Shown here piece by piece: positions 63,836-64,000 of a stretch of DNA of 64,000 nt. The first letter of the stretch is position 1; every line of letters starts with the position of its first letter. Source of the DNA: Paragordius varius (Eukaryota > Animalia > Nematomorpha); NCBI GenBank assembly GCA_964247055.1, contig OZ176060.1, positions 620,001-684,000 of the forward strand, read 5' to 3'. Below the pieces are notes generated by a model that saw nothing but the letters and a program-made list of their open reading frames with translations, had not been told where the DNA came from and did no database searches. The position numbers and the translations under genes are program-made.

Positions 63836-64000
63836 TAATTATATTTTATATTTTATATTATTTTTGAATAAAAAAAACTTAAATATATTAATTTGATATA
63901 AAAATAAATAAATTATTAAATATTTAAATAATTTTAATTAAATTTCATTTTTTTATACATTGTTTCATGTTAATTAAATTAAATTGAACAATTATATATA
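63460..64000. repeat. Resumption of the 50690-52200 tandem repeat; runs off the window end
   Basis: ttttatacattgtttca units at about 63525, 63728 and 63952. Confidence 0.8.

Overview
Eukaryotic, extremely AT-rich genomic DNA, most likely from an invertebrate animal. It has spliceosomal GT-AG introns and no prokaryotic features. Four zones are visible. (1) 1-28 kb is a graveyard of transposons and segmental duplications. It holds four paralogs of a C2H2 zinc-finger gene (three retain the region of a PLDLS CtBP-binding motif; one has an intact main exon, three are pseudogenes), an inverted pair of Penelope-type repeats each carrying a minimal hammerhead ribozyme, fragments of RLE-type (R2/NeSL/Utopia-like) retrotransposons, a U2 snRNA 5' fragment, decayed LINE and Tc1 relics, a Tc1/pogo-like MITE family and a foldback element. 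(2) 28.4-33.3 kb is a (CT)n/(GAGT)n composite satellite of about 30 units. (3) 35-44.4 kb is a complete five-coding-exon V-ATPase c (16 kDa proteolipid) gene on the minus strand, 157 aa, missed by the ORF track. Several of its exon edges are tandemly re-copied outward. The seven extra copies of the last exon's 3' end differ almost only at synonymous sites, which is the most unusual signal in the window. (4) 45-64 kb is non-coding modular tandem repeats built from short palindromes (ATCAGCTGAT, GGGTATAATTATACCC, GCAACATTGTTG), including a satellite made of MITE ends. All alignments and counts were done by eye. Coordinates of repeats and relics are approximate; the V-ATPase exon coordinates were checked codon by codon.
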